DNA from: an uncultured Gemmatimonadaceae bacterium
Lineage (GTDB): Bacteria; Gemmatimonadota; Gemmatimonadetes; Gemmatimonadales; Gemmatimonadaceae
Assembly (NCBI GenBank): GCA_963781585.1
Contig: CAWAGQ010000005.1
Location: 1-64,000 of the forward strand
Reading direction: 5' to 3'
Length of the DNA stretch: 64,000 nucleotides
Below the pieces are notes generated by a model. The model was not told where the DNA came from and searched no databases. It saw only the letters and a list, made by a program, of their open reading frames with translations. Positions within the stretch are counted from its first letter, which is position 1. Every line of letters begins with the position of its first letter. The translations under genes were made by a program, and so were the position numbers. This document shows positions 50,884 to 62,837 of this stretch, in pieces.

Positions 50884-52215
50884 TCATGCCACCAGTCCTC
50901 GCTCCGCGAAATCCTTGTAGAGGGCGTTCACCCTGATCGCCAGCTCGCGCTGCCGTGCACGGAGAGTCTGCACAAGTTCCCGCCGTGATCGCAGCAGCAC
51001 GAATCGCCGCATGTCGTTCCACGCCGACTGCCACCGCTCGCGGATGTACTGCGCCGAGATGCCGACCGTCGGAACGAGGATCAGGACCGCGAGGGCGGTC
51101 CACGCGCCGCCCACGAGCCAGGCCACCGTCACAAGGACGATCGTCCAGGCCAGATAGAACAGCGCCCCCACCAACAGCTTGAAGGTCGACCGGACGTCGT
51201 CGGGGACGCGCGCGCGCGCCGCGAGAAACCCGGTCAGCCGGTACGGCAGCCAGAAGATGGCGACGCCCGCCAGTGCGAGGGCGAGCGCCACCGGAATCGC
51301 CAGATGCAGTCGGCGCACCGCCCACAGCAGTCCGCGGGAGAGTCCCACGTCGGCCCCGAGATCTGCGGGCCGGAGCCCGAGGCGCGCGAGGCGTCGCCGG
51401 TGGGACTCGATCTCCCTGGCCAGTGCGAGCGCCGCGGCCTGCTCCGACCGCCGCACCTCGGCCAGGATGCGCGTGGTCACGTCCAGGCGTGCCAGCCGCT
51501 CCGCCGGATCGCGCCCCGCCTCGAACTCCAGCTCCCAGATCCGCTCGGCGAACTCCACCAGCGGGCGATCCTCCCACCGCTCGAGGTTGAGCGTGACCTG
51601 GCGCAGCGACTCGGCGATGCGATCGGTGAGCTCGCGCACCGCGTCGGTGTCGTCCACGCCACGAAGCGCCAGATCGTCCCAGGCCACCGGCCGCCCGGTG
51701 AAGACCAGCACTTCGGAACGAAAGACGTCCTTCTGTCGGAGGACCAGCCCCACCGGGATGATGGGGAACACCGCGCTCGTCAGGGGATATGCGCCTAACG
51801 CGATGCGCGCGGCGCCGGTCCGGAGGGGGACCAGCGACGGCTCACTGTGGCTCACGCCTTCGGGGAAGATCCCGACCGCGGCGCCCTCGGCGATCGCGGC
51901 GTACACCGCGCGGAAGGTGTCCTCGTTGCGCGCCATCTCGCCCGGGTTGTCCACCTTGCGATAGACCGGAATCGAACCCGCGCCCCGCACCAGCCAGCCC
52001 ACGGCGCGGTCGGAGAAGAGCGGCGCCTTGGCGAGGAACCGGACCGGCCGGTGCGCCGCAGCCACCACCAGCATCGGATCGAGCAGCGAGTTCGGATGAT
52101 TCGCGACCAGCAGCACCGGACCCGCGTGCGGGACGGGCTCGCCGGCGTAGCGCACTCTGTAATAGATGGCCGCCGCGATGCGGGCGACACGTGGGAACAA
52201 CGGGAGGAGCCACAT
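50884..52215 (-). CDS. lysophospholipid/glycerol acyltransferase (PlsC-like) with C-terminal TM helices
   Basis: NHPNSLLD (HxxxxD) and IFPEG motifs. Confidence 0.9.
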   Translation of the reverse strand: MWLLPLFPRVARIAAAIYYRVRYAGEPVPHAGPVLLVANHPNSLLDPMLVVAAAHRPVRFLAKAPLFSDRAVGWLVRGAGSIPVYRKVDNPGEMARNEDTFRAVYAAIAEGAAVGIFPEGVSHSEPSLVPLRTGAARIALGAYPLTSAVFPIIPVGLVLRQKDVFRSEVLVFTGRPVAWDDLALRGVDDTDAVRELTDRIAESLRQVTLNLERWEDRPLVEFAERIWELEFEAGRDPAERLARLDVTTRILAEVRRSEQAAALALAREIESHRRRLARLGLRPADLGADVGLSRGLLWAVRRLHLAIPVALALALAGVAIFWLPYRLTGFLAARARVPDDVRSTFKLLVGALFYLAWTIVLVTVAWLVGGAWTALAVLILVPTVGISAQYIRERWQSAWNDMRRFVLLRSRRELVQTLRARQRELAIRVNALYKDFAERGLVA

Positions 52216-52227
52216 CCTGCCCGGCGC

Positions 52228-52788
52228 TCACGGCCTCCGCATGGTGTGCGTGCAGGCGTCGCTTCCCGCCGGATCAGGGGCGCCGTACGAGGCACGGATC
52301 AGTCGGGGCGACCCCCTCGGAGGAAGCTCCAGCACGAAGAGCGACGAATACTGCTGGTCGCAGAGATCGGCGAACCGTGGACCGCCAAGCGCGTCTATGA
52401 TCGCGGGGATGGTATTGGCGTGTCCCACGACGAGAACGGTCTCTCCCGGGGGTCGTGCGCGCACCGCCGCGGCGACGGCTTCGGCGTGGGCGTGCACGTC
52501 AGCGCCCGCTGCCACGACGATGGGCTCGCGGCCGATTGCGTGCGCCAGCGGCGCCGCCGTCGCGCGAGTCCGGAGAAACTGGGTGGTCACGATCGCGTCC
52601 ACACCGGCATAGGCGAGGGCGGCCGCCAGGTCGCGGGCCCGCTGGCTCCCCGCTGCGCTGAGCGCCGGATCGTCGGCCGGTGTAGCTGCCTTCTCGGCGT
52701 GGCGCACGAGGATGACGGTCGCCGGCTGCGGGGCCGCGACGCTGGCACACAGGGCCAGGGCCAGAATACCTAACGATGGAAAACGCAT
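52228..52788 (-). CDS. secreted histidine phosphatase family protein
   Basis: LVRHAEK and LVVGHANT motifs. Signal peptide. Confidence 0.88.
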   Translation of the reverse strand: MRFPSLGILALALCASVAAPQPATVILVRHAEKAATPADDPALSAAGSQRARDLAAALAYAGVDAIVTTQFLRTRATAAPLAHAIGREPIVVAAGADVHAHAEAVAAAVRARPPGETVLVVGHANTIPAIIDALGGPRFADLCDQQYSSLFVLELPPRGSPRLIRASYGAPDPAGSDACTHTMRRP

Positions 52789-52957
52789 CACGACTCCCGA
52801 TCGGGATCTGCGTGCGGCCGTTCACGTCGATCGCAATCGTGAAGCGGCAGATATTTGGCATCCCGCCCGCACAGCCCACGTGTCGGGCGAGCCGGCTGAA
52901 ACGTACGGCGCGCTCCGGATCCCGGAAGCGCCGCACGGCGCGACGCGGTGGGACGCC

Positions 52958-53896
52958 TCAGGGACAGCGACCGGGCGGTCCCGCATACTGCATCCCGAAT
53001 CGCTTCAGGTACGCGGCAAGCGGTTCCAGGCCAACGGTCGCGCGACGCTTCTCGACGCAGGCTTCGTTGAGCACCGGGTCGAGCGTGGGTGGGCCGCCGT
53101 GCTCCGGCGATCGCGTCTGCGATCCATACATTGGGGTTTCCCGTCGGCCACCAGCACGCGGTCCTCGAGCAGCGCTCCGTCTCCGAGCGCGCGCTCACCC
53201 GCTCGCACCGCCGCCTGCACCAGCGGCAATACCTGTCGCTGGTACTCGGCCGGCGCGTGCTGGGCGATCAGCCAGGCCCCATGGGCGCCGTCGTCGCCGA
53301 CCACGCTGCGCCCGGGCCATCCGTGCGCCGCCACGATTTCCTTGAGGCGCGCGAGCAGCGGCGCGTCGGCGGCGGTCATCGCCTTCATCGCCGAGTCGCC
53401 TTCGCGGGAGGCGCTTCCAAACCGCGTGATGACCGCCTCGATGCCGGCGCGATTCTGCTGATCCTTGTCGGCGAGCACCAGCAGCTCCGCGCGCAGGGTG
53501 GTATCGAGCGCTGCATTACGACGGTGGGCGAGTTGCAGGATCGCCTCGAAGCGCGGATCGGCCCGAATGCGGGCGAACGTGCTGTCGCCTTCCAGGTAGC
53601 GCAGGAAATCGGCGCGGAGGAATCCCTGCTCGATCGCGCGCCGCAGGTCGGCCAGAGCGAGACTGTTCTGGCCGGCCTTTGCGGCGCTCATCGCGGCCAA
53701 TGCGAGACTCGTGGGGTCGAAGCCCGACGTAGCGTAGGCGCGTTCGTACAGACGCGCGGCCTCGGCGAAGTGGCCCGCGGAGTCGGCCGCGTTGGCGCGG
53801 ATGATCCACTCGTCGAATCCCTGACTTTTCCACGCGGCGCGACAGAAGGCTCGCACCGAGGGCGAAGGGAGTCAGATGGCGTATGACGGGACGCAT
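52958..53896 (-). CDS. TPR plus DUF6624-like protein, frameshifted
   Basis: DQQNR, HGWPG, AWLIAQHA and LEDRV motifs. Continues YGSQ...RRATVGLEPLAAY in another frame after about 53130. The N-terminus is also shifted. Confidence 0.7.
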
Positions 53897-54013
53897 GCCG
53901 ACAATATGCCGGTGGTCCGGCGCGCGCGGCTATCGTTCAGCTCGATGCGGCCGCAGGGGCACCAGGGAATGCTTCGGTGTAGCACTCCGGCGACTCATTC
54001 CGTGGATATCCCG

Positions 54014-54269
54014 ATGCGCTCGAACGGCGACGAACGACGAATTCGATCTCGACCGGGACTTTCCGCTCGGCGACGGCACCGCGGACGTGGACGCCACCGT
54101 GGAGTGTCCGTCTTGCGGTGCGCCCGTCGAGATCGCGCTCGATCCGGGGAGCGGCGCGGTGCAGGAGTACGTCGAGGACTGTCAGGTCTGCTGCCAGCCA
54201 TGGCGGGTCAGCGTGCGGTACGATCGGTCGGGGCACGCCGAGGTGCGGGTGAGCGCGCTGAACGAGTAG
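54014..54269 (+). CDS. CPXCG-motif cysteine-rich protein
   Basis: CPSCG...QEYVEDCQVCCQPW. The ATG at 54014 needs a 1-bp shift near 54032, so the start is uncertain. Confidence 0.75.
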
Positions 54270-54330
54270 GACATTAGACACCCCACCACTTCTGGCGTAG
54301 TTTTCAGGTGACCGTCACCGGAAGGCAAGC

Positions 54331-54555
54331 ATGACCGTCGAGCATCTCCCGATCCACACCGACCCCGAGATCATGGGCGGCACTCCCGTCTTTGTCGGCA
54401 CGCGCGTGCCCGTTCAGACATTGCTGGATTACCTGGAGGCTGGCGATCCACTCGACGAGTTCCTTGAGGATTTCCCAAGCGTCACACGGGAACAGGCGAT
54501 TGCAGTCCTCGAACTAGCGAAGGAGATGCTTCTCAAGCGGGCCAGCGCCGCCTGA
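54331..54555 (+). CDS. DUF433 family antitoxin
   Basis: DPEIMGGTPVFVGTRVPV...FLEDFPSV. Confidence 0.92.
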   Translation: MTVEHLPIHTDPEIMGGTPVFVGTRVPVQTLLDYLEAGDPLDEFLEDFPSVTREQAIAVLELAKEMLLKRASAA

Positions 54556-54561
54556 CTCAGG

Positions 54562-54885
54562 TTGCGCATTCTCCTCGACGAATGCGTGCCACGCCGGCTC
54601 GGGCGTGACCTCGTGGGCCACGACGTATCTCACGTTACATCCCAAGGGTGGGCTGGGAAGCGAAACGGGGCGCTCCTGGACGTCATGCGAACGCAGATGT
54701 TCGAGGTTCTCATCACCGTGGACCGAAATCTCGCGTTCCAGCAAGACTTGCCCAGGTTCGTGGTCGCGGTGATGGTACTTCGCGCTCGCTCGAATCGCAT
54801 CACCGATCTCCGACCTCTTGTACCGGCGATCCTCGCCGCGCTACCCAGTCTCGCGCCAGGGCAGATCACTTGGGTAGGCGTCTAA
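54562..54885 (+). CDS. DUF5615 / PIN-like toxin
   Basis: RILLDECVP...GWAGKRNGALL...ITVDRNL, 6 bp after the DUF433 gene. Confidence 0.85.
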   Translation: MRILLDECVPRRLGRDLVGHDVSHVTSQGWAGKRNGALLDVMRTQMFEVLITVDRNLAFQQDLPRFVVAVMVLRARSNRITDLRPLVPAILAALPSLAPGQITWVGV

Positions 54886-55084
54886 GAAAAGTCGGATCCA
54901 TCGGCGTGGGCTTCTGTCGAACGCATAGTCTCTGCTCAACCGGCGACAATGATCGCCCTATCGTGCCAATGTCACCGCGCCCTCAGCCGCCCCTATCGGC
55001 CGTCCACTCTGCCACGGTGGCGCCACCGAGGCGCCTTTCGTAGAATCGCGGCATCCTCATTTTGCCCGTCATCCGGAGCTGAGC

Positions 55085-57471
<2,387 letters not shown>

Positions 57472-57638
57472 GGGGTGTGCGATGCGCGAGGTTCTGCGTA
57501 TCCAATGCAACGGGCCCGGATGGGGGCGCGAACTCCTTGCGGTCCGTTCTGGGTCACTGCACTCTATCGCTGCCGGTCAATCCGCAGTTTGCGCCGCGTT
57601 GGGCGGCTACGAGATCCAGAGCAGGTACTCGGACGAGC

Positions 57639-57965
57639 ATGCCGATGACGCCGAACTTCAACCCGCACGCGTCCCAGCCCGCGAGAGCGGTGCAGGCATG
57701 GCAGATTCTCGTCGGGTGCGCGATGAACCGACAAACCACGACCTACGAGGGCTTGTCGAAGCTGATGTTCGGTAAGCCCGCGGCAGGTGTGCTCGCCGGC
57801 ATCCTTGGCCACGTCGCCTACTTCTGTAACGAAAGCCACTTGCCCGCATTGACCGCTATTGTGGTCAATGCGGCAACAGGCCTCCCTGGAGATGACATCC
57901 CTGTTGATGACCTGGCTCGACTCAACGAGATTCGCGAAATTCCGTTCTCGGACTCGCCGTTGTAG
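57639..57965 (+). CDS. hypothetical protein, possibly 3'-truncated
   Basis: AWQILVGCAMNRQTTTY...LPALTAIVVN...GLPG, preceded by GTTGGGC (GTTRRRY) at 57598. Confidence 0.65.
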   Translation: MPMTPNFNPHASQPARAVQAWQILVGCAMNRQTTTYEGLSKLMFGKPAAGVLAGILGHVAYFCNESHLPALTAIVVNAATGLPGDDIPVDDLARLNEIREIPFSDSPL

Positions 57966-58009
57966 GCGTCCGACGCATCGGCAACTCAACGCCCGCCAGC
58001 GCGCGCGAT

Positions 58010-58126
58010 TTGTTCCACATCGGATCCGACACGAAGGCGACGACGGCAGGCCTGCTCGATCTGTTGGTCGATCGAGGCAACCTGCGATGGGAGTCCCGGC
58101 TCGACGAGATCTTTCCGGAGCTCAAG
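58010..58126 (+). pseudogene. internal fragment of a beta-lactamase-family serine hydrolase
   Basis: FHIGSDTK (SxxK)...LLVDRGNLRWESRLDEIFPEL. The rest of the domain is absent. Confidence 0.65.
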
Positions 58127-58169
58127 CGGCCGCGTCGGTGGCCCGCGCTGCTTTCGGCAGGGGGGCAAC

Positions 58170-58511
58170 ATGACTACGGTTTTCGCGCGCCGCTTTCGAG
58201 CGAGCCTGATGCTCGGAATGGTGCTAATTGGCATGAACGCGTGCGCAGGGACGATTCGCATCCGAGACCTGCTTGATCAGCCACAGAAGTACGAAGGCAA
58301 GACAGTACGGGTCGCGGGCACCGTGACGAAGAGTGCCGGCGTGCTCGGAACCGGCGCATTCGAGATCGATGATGGGACAGGCAAGATTTACGTGATCGCC
58401 AGGGGTCAGGGCGTCCCGCGCGAAGGCGCGAGGACTAAAGCGCAGGGTCGATTCGAATCGCTGTTCAGTTTCCTTGGTCGTACCATGGCGGCCATCGTGC
58501 AGAACCACTGA
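58170..58511 (+). CDS. small OB-fold-like lipoprotein (hypothetical)
   Basis: Signal with Cys, IRDLLDQPQKYEGKTVRVAGTV and IDDGTGKIYV. Confidence 0.7.
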   Translation: MTTVFARRFRASLMLGMVLIGMNACAGTIRIRDLLDQPQKYEGKTVRVAGTVTKSAGVLGTGAFEIDDGTGKIYVIARGQGVPREGARTKAQGRFESLFSFLGRTMAAIVQNH

Positions 58512-58744
58512 CCGTTCCTCTCGGCTACTTCGCGCTCCATACGAGGCTTCCAGAGAAAGCGAACAGCGGCCGATTTTCGAGGGCGGAAAGGCACTGTCCA
58601 ACAGCGGTGCGCTGGATTTGCTCGCGTTCGAAGCTGACGCCCTTGCGCCACCGCGACGCCGGCGTAGCCTCAGGATAGGGAACTTCGCAGGCACTGTGTT
58701 TGGCTTGGCTCCACCGGAGCTCAGTCACGTCCAGTGAGGTCGCC

Positions 58745-58858
58745 GCCTAACGAAGGTTTGCAGCAGACGGCGGGGCTAAGGTGGGCACGGCGGTACGCTG
58801 CGCGTTCCGCCGTGCTCTTATATGATGTCCCGCCGCAGCTGAAACTGAACGGTTAGGG
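58745..58858 (+). other. complete attC recombination site (114 bp)
   Basis: R'' GCCTAAC, 5-nt spacer, L'' TTTGCAGC pairing with L' GCTGAAA (one extra base), inner stems, and R' GTTAGGG. Confidence 0.88.
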
Positions 58859-58922
58859 CGCACGGTGTGCTGCGCCCGTGAGGGGTCAAGACCCAGAGCA
58901 GGAACAGATTCCGGAGGACGCT

Positions 58923-59591
58923 ATGATGAGCGACCAGAGTGATCTGCGAGTGGCTGGAGCGTGGCTTGCCGGCGCCTCGCTCCTTCTCGTCCTCGCGCTG
59001 GGCTTCCATGGGCCTCTGCACCCCGACCTTGGGGTGCAGATGACCCGAATCGGCGAGTCTGCGTCGAGGTGGGCGGCCGTCCACTGGATCGCAGCTGCCG
59101 CATTCTCCTGCTTCGCGATCGCGGCCGTTCTCGTGCTGGTGAGTCGCTCGCGGCTGACGAGCACTGGTCGGACGATTTCGGCTTGGGCGGTGGTCCTGGT
59201 CGGGGCGCTCTGGACGCTCACGACGGCCGTCACCGAGGTCACCGTAATAGCGGACCTCGCGGCCTCCAGGGACCGTGCCCAGTTCGAAGCGTGGTGGTCG
59301 TTCGCGCAGGGCTACGGGAACGGCTTCTCACTGCTCGCGGTGGCTGTGTCGGTCATTGCCTGGAACGAGTACCGGGATCCACATCGGCTCCTTCCGAGAT
59401 GGTCGGCGGGGGTAGGTGCCGGAGCCGGACTCGCGTCATTCGCCGGCTGGGCGCTCGGAGTCTGGCTCGACGTTGGCCCCGCGAACCTCTTGTGGCTCCT
59501 TGCGTCGGCGCTGATGTGCGTTTGGCTTGCCTGGTTTGGTATCGTGCTCGCCAGAACGAGCGACTTCCATGGAGCGGAGGCCCGAGACTGA
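58923..59591 (+). CDS. hypothetical membrane protein (gene cassette)
   Basis: GGAGG RBS, about six hydrophobic segments, flanked by attC sequences. Confidence 0.78.
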   Translation: MMSDQSDLRVAGAWLAGASLLLVLALGFHGPLHPDLGVQMTRIGESASRWAAVHWIAAAAFSCFAIAAVLVLVSRSRLTSTGRTISAWAVVLVGALWTLTTAVTEVTVIADLAASRDRAQFEAWWSFAQGYGNGFSLLAVAVSVIAWNEYRDPHRLLPRWSAGVGAGAGLASFAGWALGVWLDVGPANLLWLLASALMCVWLAWFGIVLARTSDFHGAEARD

Positions 59592-59624
59592 CTCGGGGCG
59601 AGCAGACTTGCCGTTCAAGTGTGC

Positions 59625-59784
59625 GCCTAACAAACCCACGAAGGCTGGGGCTATCTCGCCGTCGTGCTGGATGCGTACGCCCGACGGATTGTCGGATGGG
59701 CGTTTGATGCCCCGCGCGGACCAGCCTGGATCGCAGATGCGGCCTGCGGCTGGGCCGCGCAGGTTAAGTCCAGAACCGCTAGCC
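59625..59784 (+). other. disrupted attC site
   Basis: GCCTAAC left end. Right half GCAGGTTAAGTCCAGAACC-GCTAGCC, with core GTT changed to GCT and an inner hairpin. The L'' region is replaced by an IS fragment. Confidence 0.55.
59634..59708 (+). mobile_element. IS3-family transposase (rve core) micro-fragment
   Basis: Translates as THEGWGYLAVVLDAYARRIVGWAFD. Confidence 0.75.
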
Positions 59785-59869
59785 AACATTCGGAACGCGC
59801 AGTGAACCTCCGGGTAGCAGGCCACCGACATCAACGTCGACGCCTCTCGGCAGATTTCGGACAGTCACG

Positions 59870-60430
59870 ATGCGACGCAGGACGCTGAGAATCCTCGGTG
59901 CCATTGCCTTCGGTGTGCCCGCCACGCTCCGCGCACAATCCTCCGGAGCGAATGTGCCCATCACCGCGCCCCTGGAACAACAGTTCGCTGGCGATCTCAC
60001 GGCGCTTCATGACAAGGTCGTCGCCCTCGCAGATGCCATTCCCCCAGACAAGTACTCGTGGCGTCCATCCTCAGAAGTTCGGACTGTGGCGCAGCTGCTC
60101 ATGCACGTTGCCGGCGAGTGGTACTACCTCTGTCCCCGTGCGATTGCGGCGCAGCCGCCGGCGGACTTCGGTGCTCCCGGCGAAAGGATGCGTGCACTCG
60201 AGCAAATGTCAGGAAAGCCCGCCGTGTTGTCGGAGCTGAAGGCGGCGTGGGCGCACTGCCGGACGACGCTTGATCACGTTCAGCCATCACGTCTGATCCC
60301 CGATTCGCTGCCATCGAAGATGGGCTTCCCACGCGTGGTTCTAGTCGTCTCCGGCGACCAACATGAACATCTCGGGCAGCTCATTGCTTATGCCCGATTC
60401 CTCGGCGTCGTCCCGCCATGGAGCAGGTAA
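59870..60430 (+). CDS. secreted DinB-family protein
   Basis: YSWRP...RTVAQLLMHVA...HEHLGQLIAYAR. Confidence 0.85.
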   Translation: MRRRTLRILGAIAFGVPATLRAQSSGANVPITAPLEQQFAGDLTALHDKVVALADAIPPDKYSWRPSSEVRTVAQLLMHVAGEWYYLCPRAIAAQPPADFGAPGERMRALEQMSGKPAVLSELKAAWAHCRTTLDHVQPSRLIPDSLPSKMGFPRVVLVVSGDQHEHLGQLIAYARFLGVVPPWSR

Positions 60431-60518
60431 CCTTGGCGATGTTCACATCCTCAAGGCCAGGTTGCGAATCGCGTGTTGGCGAACGGTGCATGCAGCTGAC
60501 ACCGCAGACTCTGTCGGT

Positions 60519-61547
60519 ATGATTGGACGATTGAGCAGCTTCGCCGCGGTCGGCACGCTCGCCGTTTCGTTGTCGCTGGCGCCATCCACGCCGGCAACCG
60601 GCGGTTCCGTTGGGTCGGCATCAACGGACATCGCGTTTGCGTCTCGTCGAGACGGCAACTGGGAAATTTACGTGATGGACGAGGCTGGGCGGAACCAAAG
60701 GCGACTCACCCGGCGCGATGTGGAGGATCGATTCCCGCTCTGGTCCCCCGACCACCGGCAGATCGCGTTTGCTTCCCTGGTCGGCACGACGTGGGAACTG
60801 TGGCTCATGAATGCCGATGGGACGAACCAAAGACGCCTCGCCTCACGCATTGTCGCCAAATCAACGCGTGGTTGGTCTCCGGACGGCAAACGCATCGCAT
60901 TTGCTGCGGTCGCGGACAGCAACATTGACATCCATATCGTCGATGTGTCATCGGGAGCAGTGACGCGGCTGACTGCATCGCCGGGTGAGGACCGCGACCC
61001 CTCCTGGTCCCCTGACGGTCGGCATCTGGCGTTTTCGTCCACGCGCGGCGCCACTCCGCAGATCTATGTCATGACCGCCGATGGCCGCGACGAGCGACGC
61101 CTCACGAGCAGTGCAGCATCTGCCGTCGCCCCGCGGTGGTCTCCTGACGGCAACGTCATCGCCTTTGTTTCCGGCCGTGATCACACTCGGGATCTTTGCC
61201 TCATCGGTGCGAATGGGCAGGGTCTCGAGCGACTTACCGTGGGGGCCGGCGTGACCGGGGATCCACCGCTGTGGTCGCCGGACGGATCACGCATCATTTT
61301 TCAGGTCGCCAGCGGTGAGAACTACGACATAGGCGTGGTGCGGCTCACTGACCGGTCGCGTTCCCTCCTCACGAGCTCGTCTGCCTATGACGGGAGTTAC
61401 ACGTGGTCGCCGGATGGCAAGCGCGTCGCGTTTATTTCAGGCCGCGATGGGTATGATGGTCTCTACACCGTCGACGCTGACGGCCGACACTACGCCAGCC
61501 TCACGGGAACGGCCTCGCTCACGCCGGCGTGGGACTCCCAACGGTAG
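60519..61547 (+). CDS. TolB-like PD40 beta-propeller protein
   Basis: IAFASRRDGNWEIYVM and six WSPD repeats. Signal peptide. Confidence 0.88.
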   Translation: MIGRLSSFAAVGTLAVSLSLAPSTPATGGSVGSASTDIAFASRRDGNWEIYVMDEAGRNQRRLTRRDVEDRFPLWSPDHRQIAFASLVGTTWELWLMNADGTNQRRLASRIVAKSTRGWSPDGKRIAFAAVADSNIDIHIVDVSSGAVTRLTASPGEDRDPSWSPDGRHLAFSSTRGATPQIYVMTADGRDERRLTSSAASAVAPRWSPDGNVIAFVSGRDHTRDLCLIGANGQGLERLTVGAGVTGDPPLWSPDGSRIIFQVASGENYDIGVVRLTDRSRSLLTSSSAYDGSYTWSPDGKRVAFISGRDGYDGLYTVDADGRHYASLTGTASLTPAWDSQR

Positions 61548-61551
61548 GGCG

Positions 61552-61577
61552 GTCCAACGAGGAGTTGAACCTGACCG
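61552..61577 (+). other. attC left half (truncated)
   Basis: GTCCAAC-GAGGA-GTTGAACC-TGAC, 4 bp after a stop codon. No right half before the next RBS. Confidence 0.6.
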
Positions 61578-61616
61578 GCGCTGGTCGGTGGCGGCGATTC
61601 GAACTTCGGAGGACCC

Positions 61617-61916
61617 ATGAGAACTGCTGGTGCGTTCATCAGTCCGTTCATCTTGGCACTATTCAGCGCTTGCAGGACGCCGTCCACTGGCCCAGGCCCG
61701 GGTGAAACGGCCGGCGTCGTTCTCCACTACAGTCTCGAGGGTGGATTCTATGCCATTCGAGGCGATGACCACGTCACTTATGATCCCGTCAACCTCCCGA
61801 CGGATTTCCAGCGCAATGGACTTCGTGTCCTGGCAACCCTTCGGCCACTCCCCGACGCAGCCAGCATTCACCAGGTGGGCACCATCGTGGAGGTGGTCGC
61901 CATCCGAGTTCGTTAG
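61617..61916 (+). CDS. small hypothetical lipoprotein
   Basis: GGAGG RBS, lipobox LFSAC, and LEGGFYAI...YDPVNLP. Confidence 0.75.
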   Translation: MRTAGAFISPFILALFSACRTPSTGPGPGETAGVVLHYSLEGGFYAIRGDDHVTYDPVNLPTDFQRNGLRVLATLRPLPDAASIHQVGTIVEVVAIRVR

Positions 61917-62067
61917 CCATGGTGGAGGAACGTGCTCAAGCCGCTCTGCCTAACCGGCGCAGGAAAGGTGGCGCGTCGGGGCAGCCGCTCGAAAGGGAAG
62001 GGTTTCTTCTTGATTGCGGCCGCCCCCACGCGCAGCTTATGCGCGATTCGTCAGACAGCGCCCCTTG

Positions 62068-62718
62068 ATGATGACCAGGAAGACGAAGGCCGTTCGGAAG
62101 TCGCGCGCACGACTCGTTCGGGCGCGGCCAGCACTCGTGCACCAGTTTCTGGTCGTCCTTCAGGAAACCGACCCGCTGGTGTGGCGTCGCATTCAAGTCC
62201 CTGACGCCTACTCATTCTGGGACCTCCACGTGGCCATCCAGGATGCGATGGGCTGGCAAGACTATCACCTGCATGAGTTCGTGGTCTCGCACCCCAAGCA
62301 CGGGGTTGTGGTGCGCCTTGGCATTCCGGACGAGGATGTCCCCGACGACCGACCCTCCGTACCTGGTTGGCAAGCAAAGATCGAGGATTATTTCTCAGAG
62401 GGCAGTCCACCTGCCCGGTACCTGTATGACTTCGGTGACGAGTGGCAGCACGCCGTTATTTACGAAGGCGTCGCCGCGTCCGAGGTCGGCGAACGGTATC
62501 CCCGGTGCGTCGCGGGCGCGGGCTCCTGCCCGCCGGAGGACGTTGGCGGTATCCACGGATATGCCGAGTTTCTCCGCGCGATGGCGAACCCACGCCATCC
62601 AGAGCATTCTGAGTACGCCCAATGGGCTGTGGGTCGCTTCAATCCGGCGCCCTTCGACCCCATGAGCGTTGTATTCAGTGAACCGACAGAACGATTCAAG
62701 CTGGCATTCGGTTCATAG
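62068..62718 (+). CDS. plasmid pRiA4b ORF-3 family protein
   Basis: VWRRIQVP, LHVAIQDAMGWQDYHLHEF, YLYDFGDEW and CPPEDVGG motifs. Confidence 0.9.
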   Translation: MMTRKTKAVRKSRARLVRARPALVHQFLVVLQETDPLVWRRIQVPDAYSFWDLHVAIQDAMGWQDYHLHEFVVSHPKHGVVVRLGIPDEDVPDDRPSVPGWQAKIEDYFSEGSPPARYLYDFGDEWQHAVIYEGVAASEVGERYPRCVAGAGSCPPEDVGGIHGYAEFLRAMANPRHPEHSEYAQWAVGRFNPAPFDPMSVVFSEPTERFKLAFGS

Positions 62719-62722
62719 CGCT

Positions 62723-62800
62723 GCCTAACAACGCATTGCAGACTGACGGCGGGGCTGCGGTGCGCTTGCGCGTGCTGCGCTCGCGCAACCGGTCCCATTA
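62723..62800 (+). other. attC left half (right end lost)
   Basis: GCCTAAC-AACGC-ATTGCAGA-CTGACGGCGGGGCT closely resembles the start of the 58745 site. It lies 4 bp after a stop codon. Confidence 0.72.
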
Positions 62801-62837
62801 ACCACTCCACCAGCCTTTTCGGCTCGACGCGCGTTCG

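Larger units (their letters stand above)
57598..62810 (+). mobile_element. decaying integron cassette cluster without integrase (CALIN-like)
   Basis: One complete attC and three damaged ones, all in the same orientation after short co-directional ORFs. Codon usage is visibly more AT-rich. No intI in the window. Confidence 0.7.

Noticed and set aside
61948..61975. Further attC at GCCTAACC
   Set aside because: Only the 7-bp core is present. There is no L box or complementary right arm.
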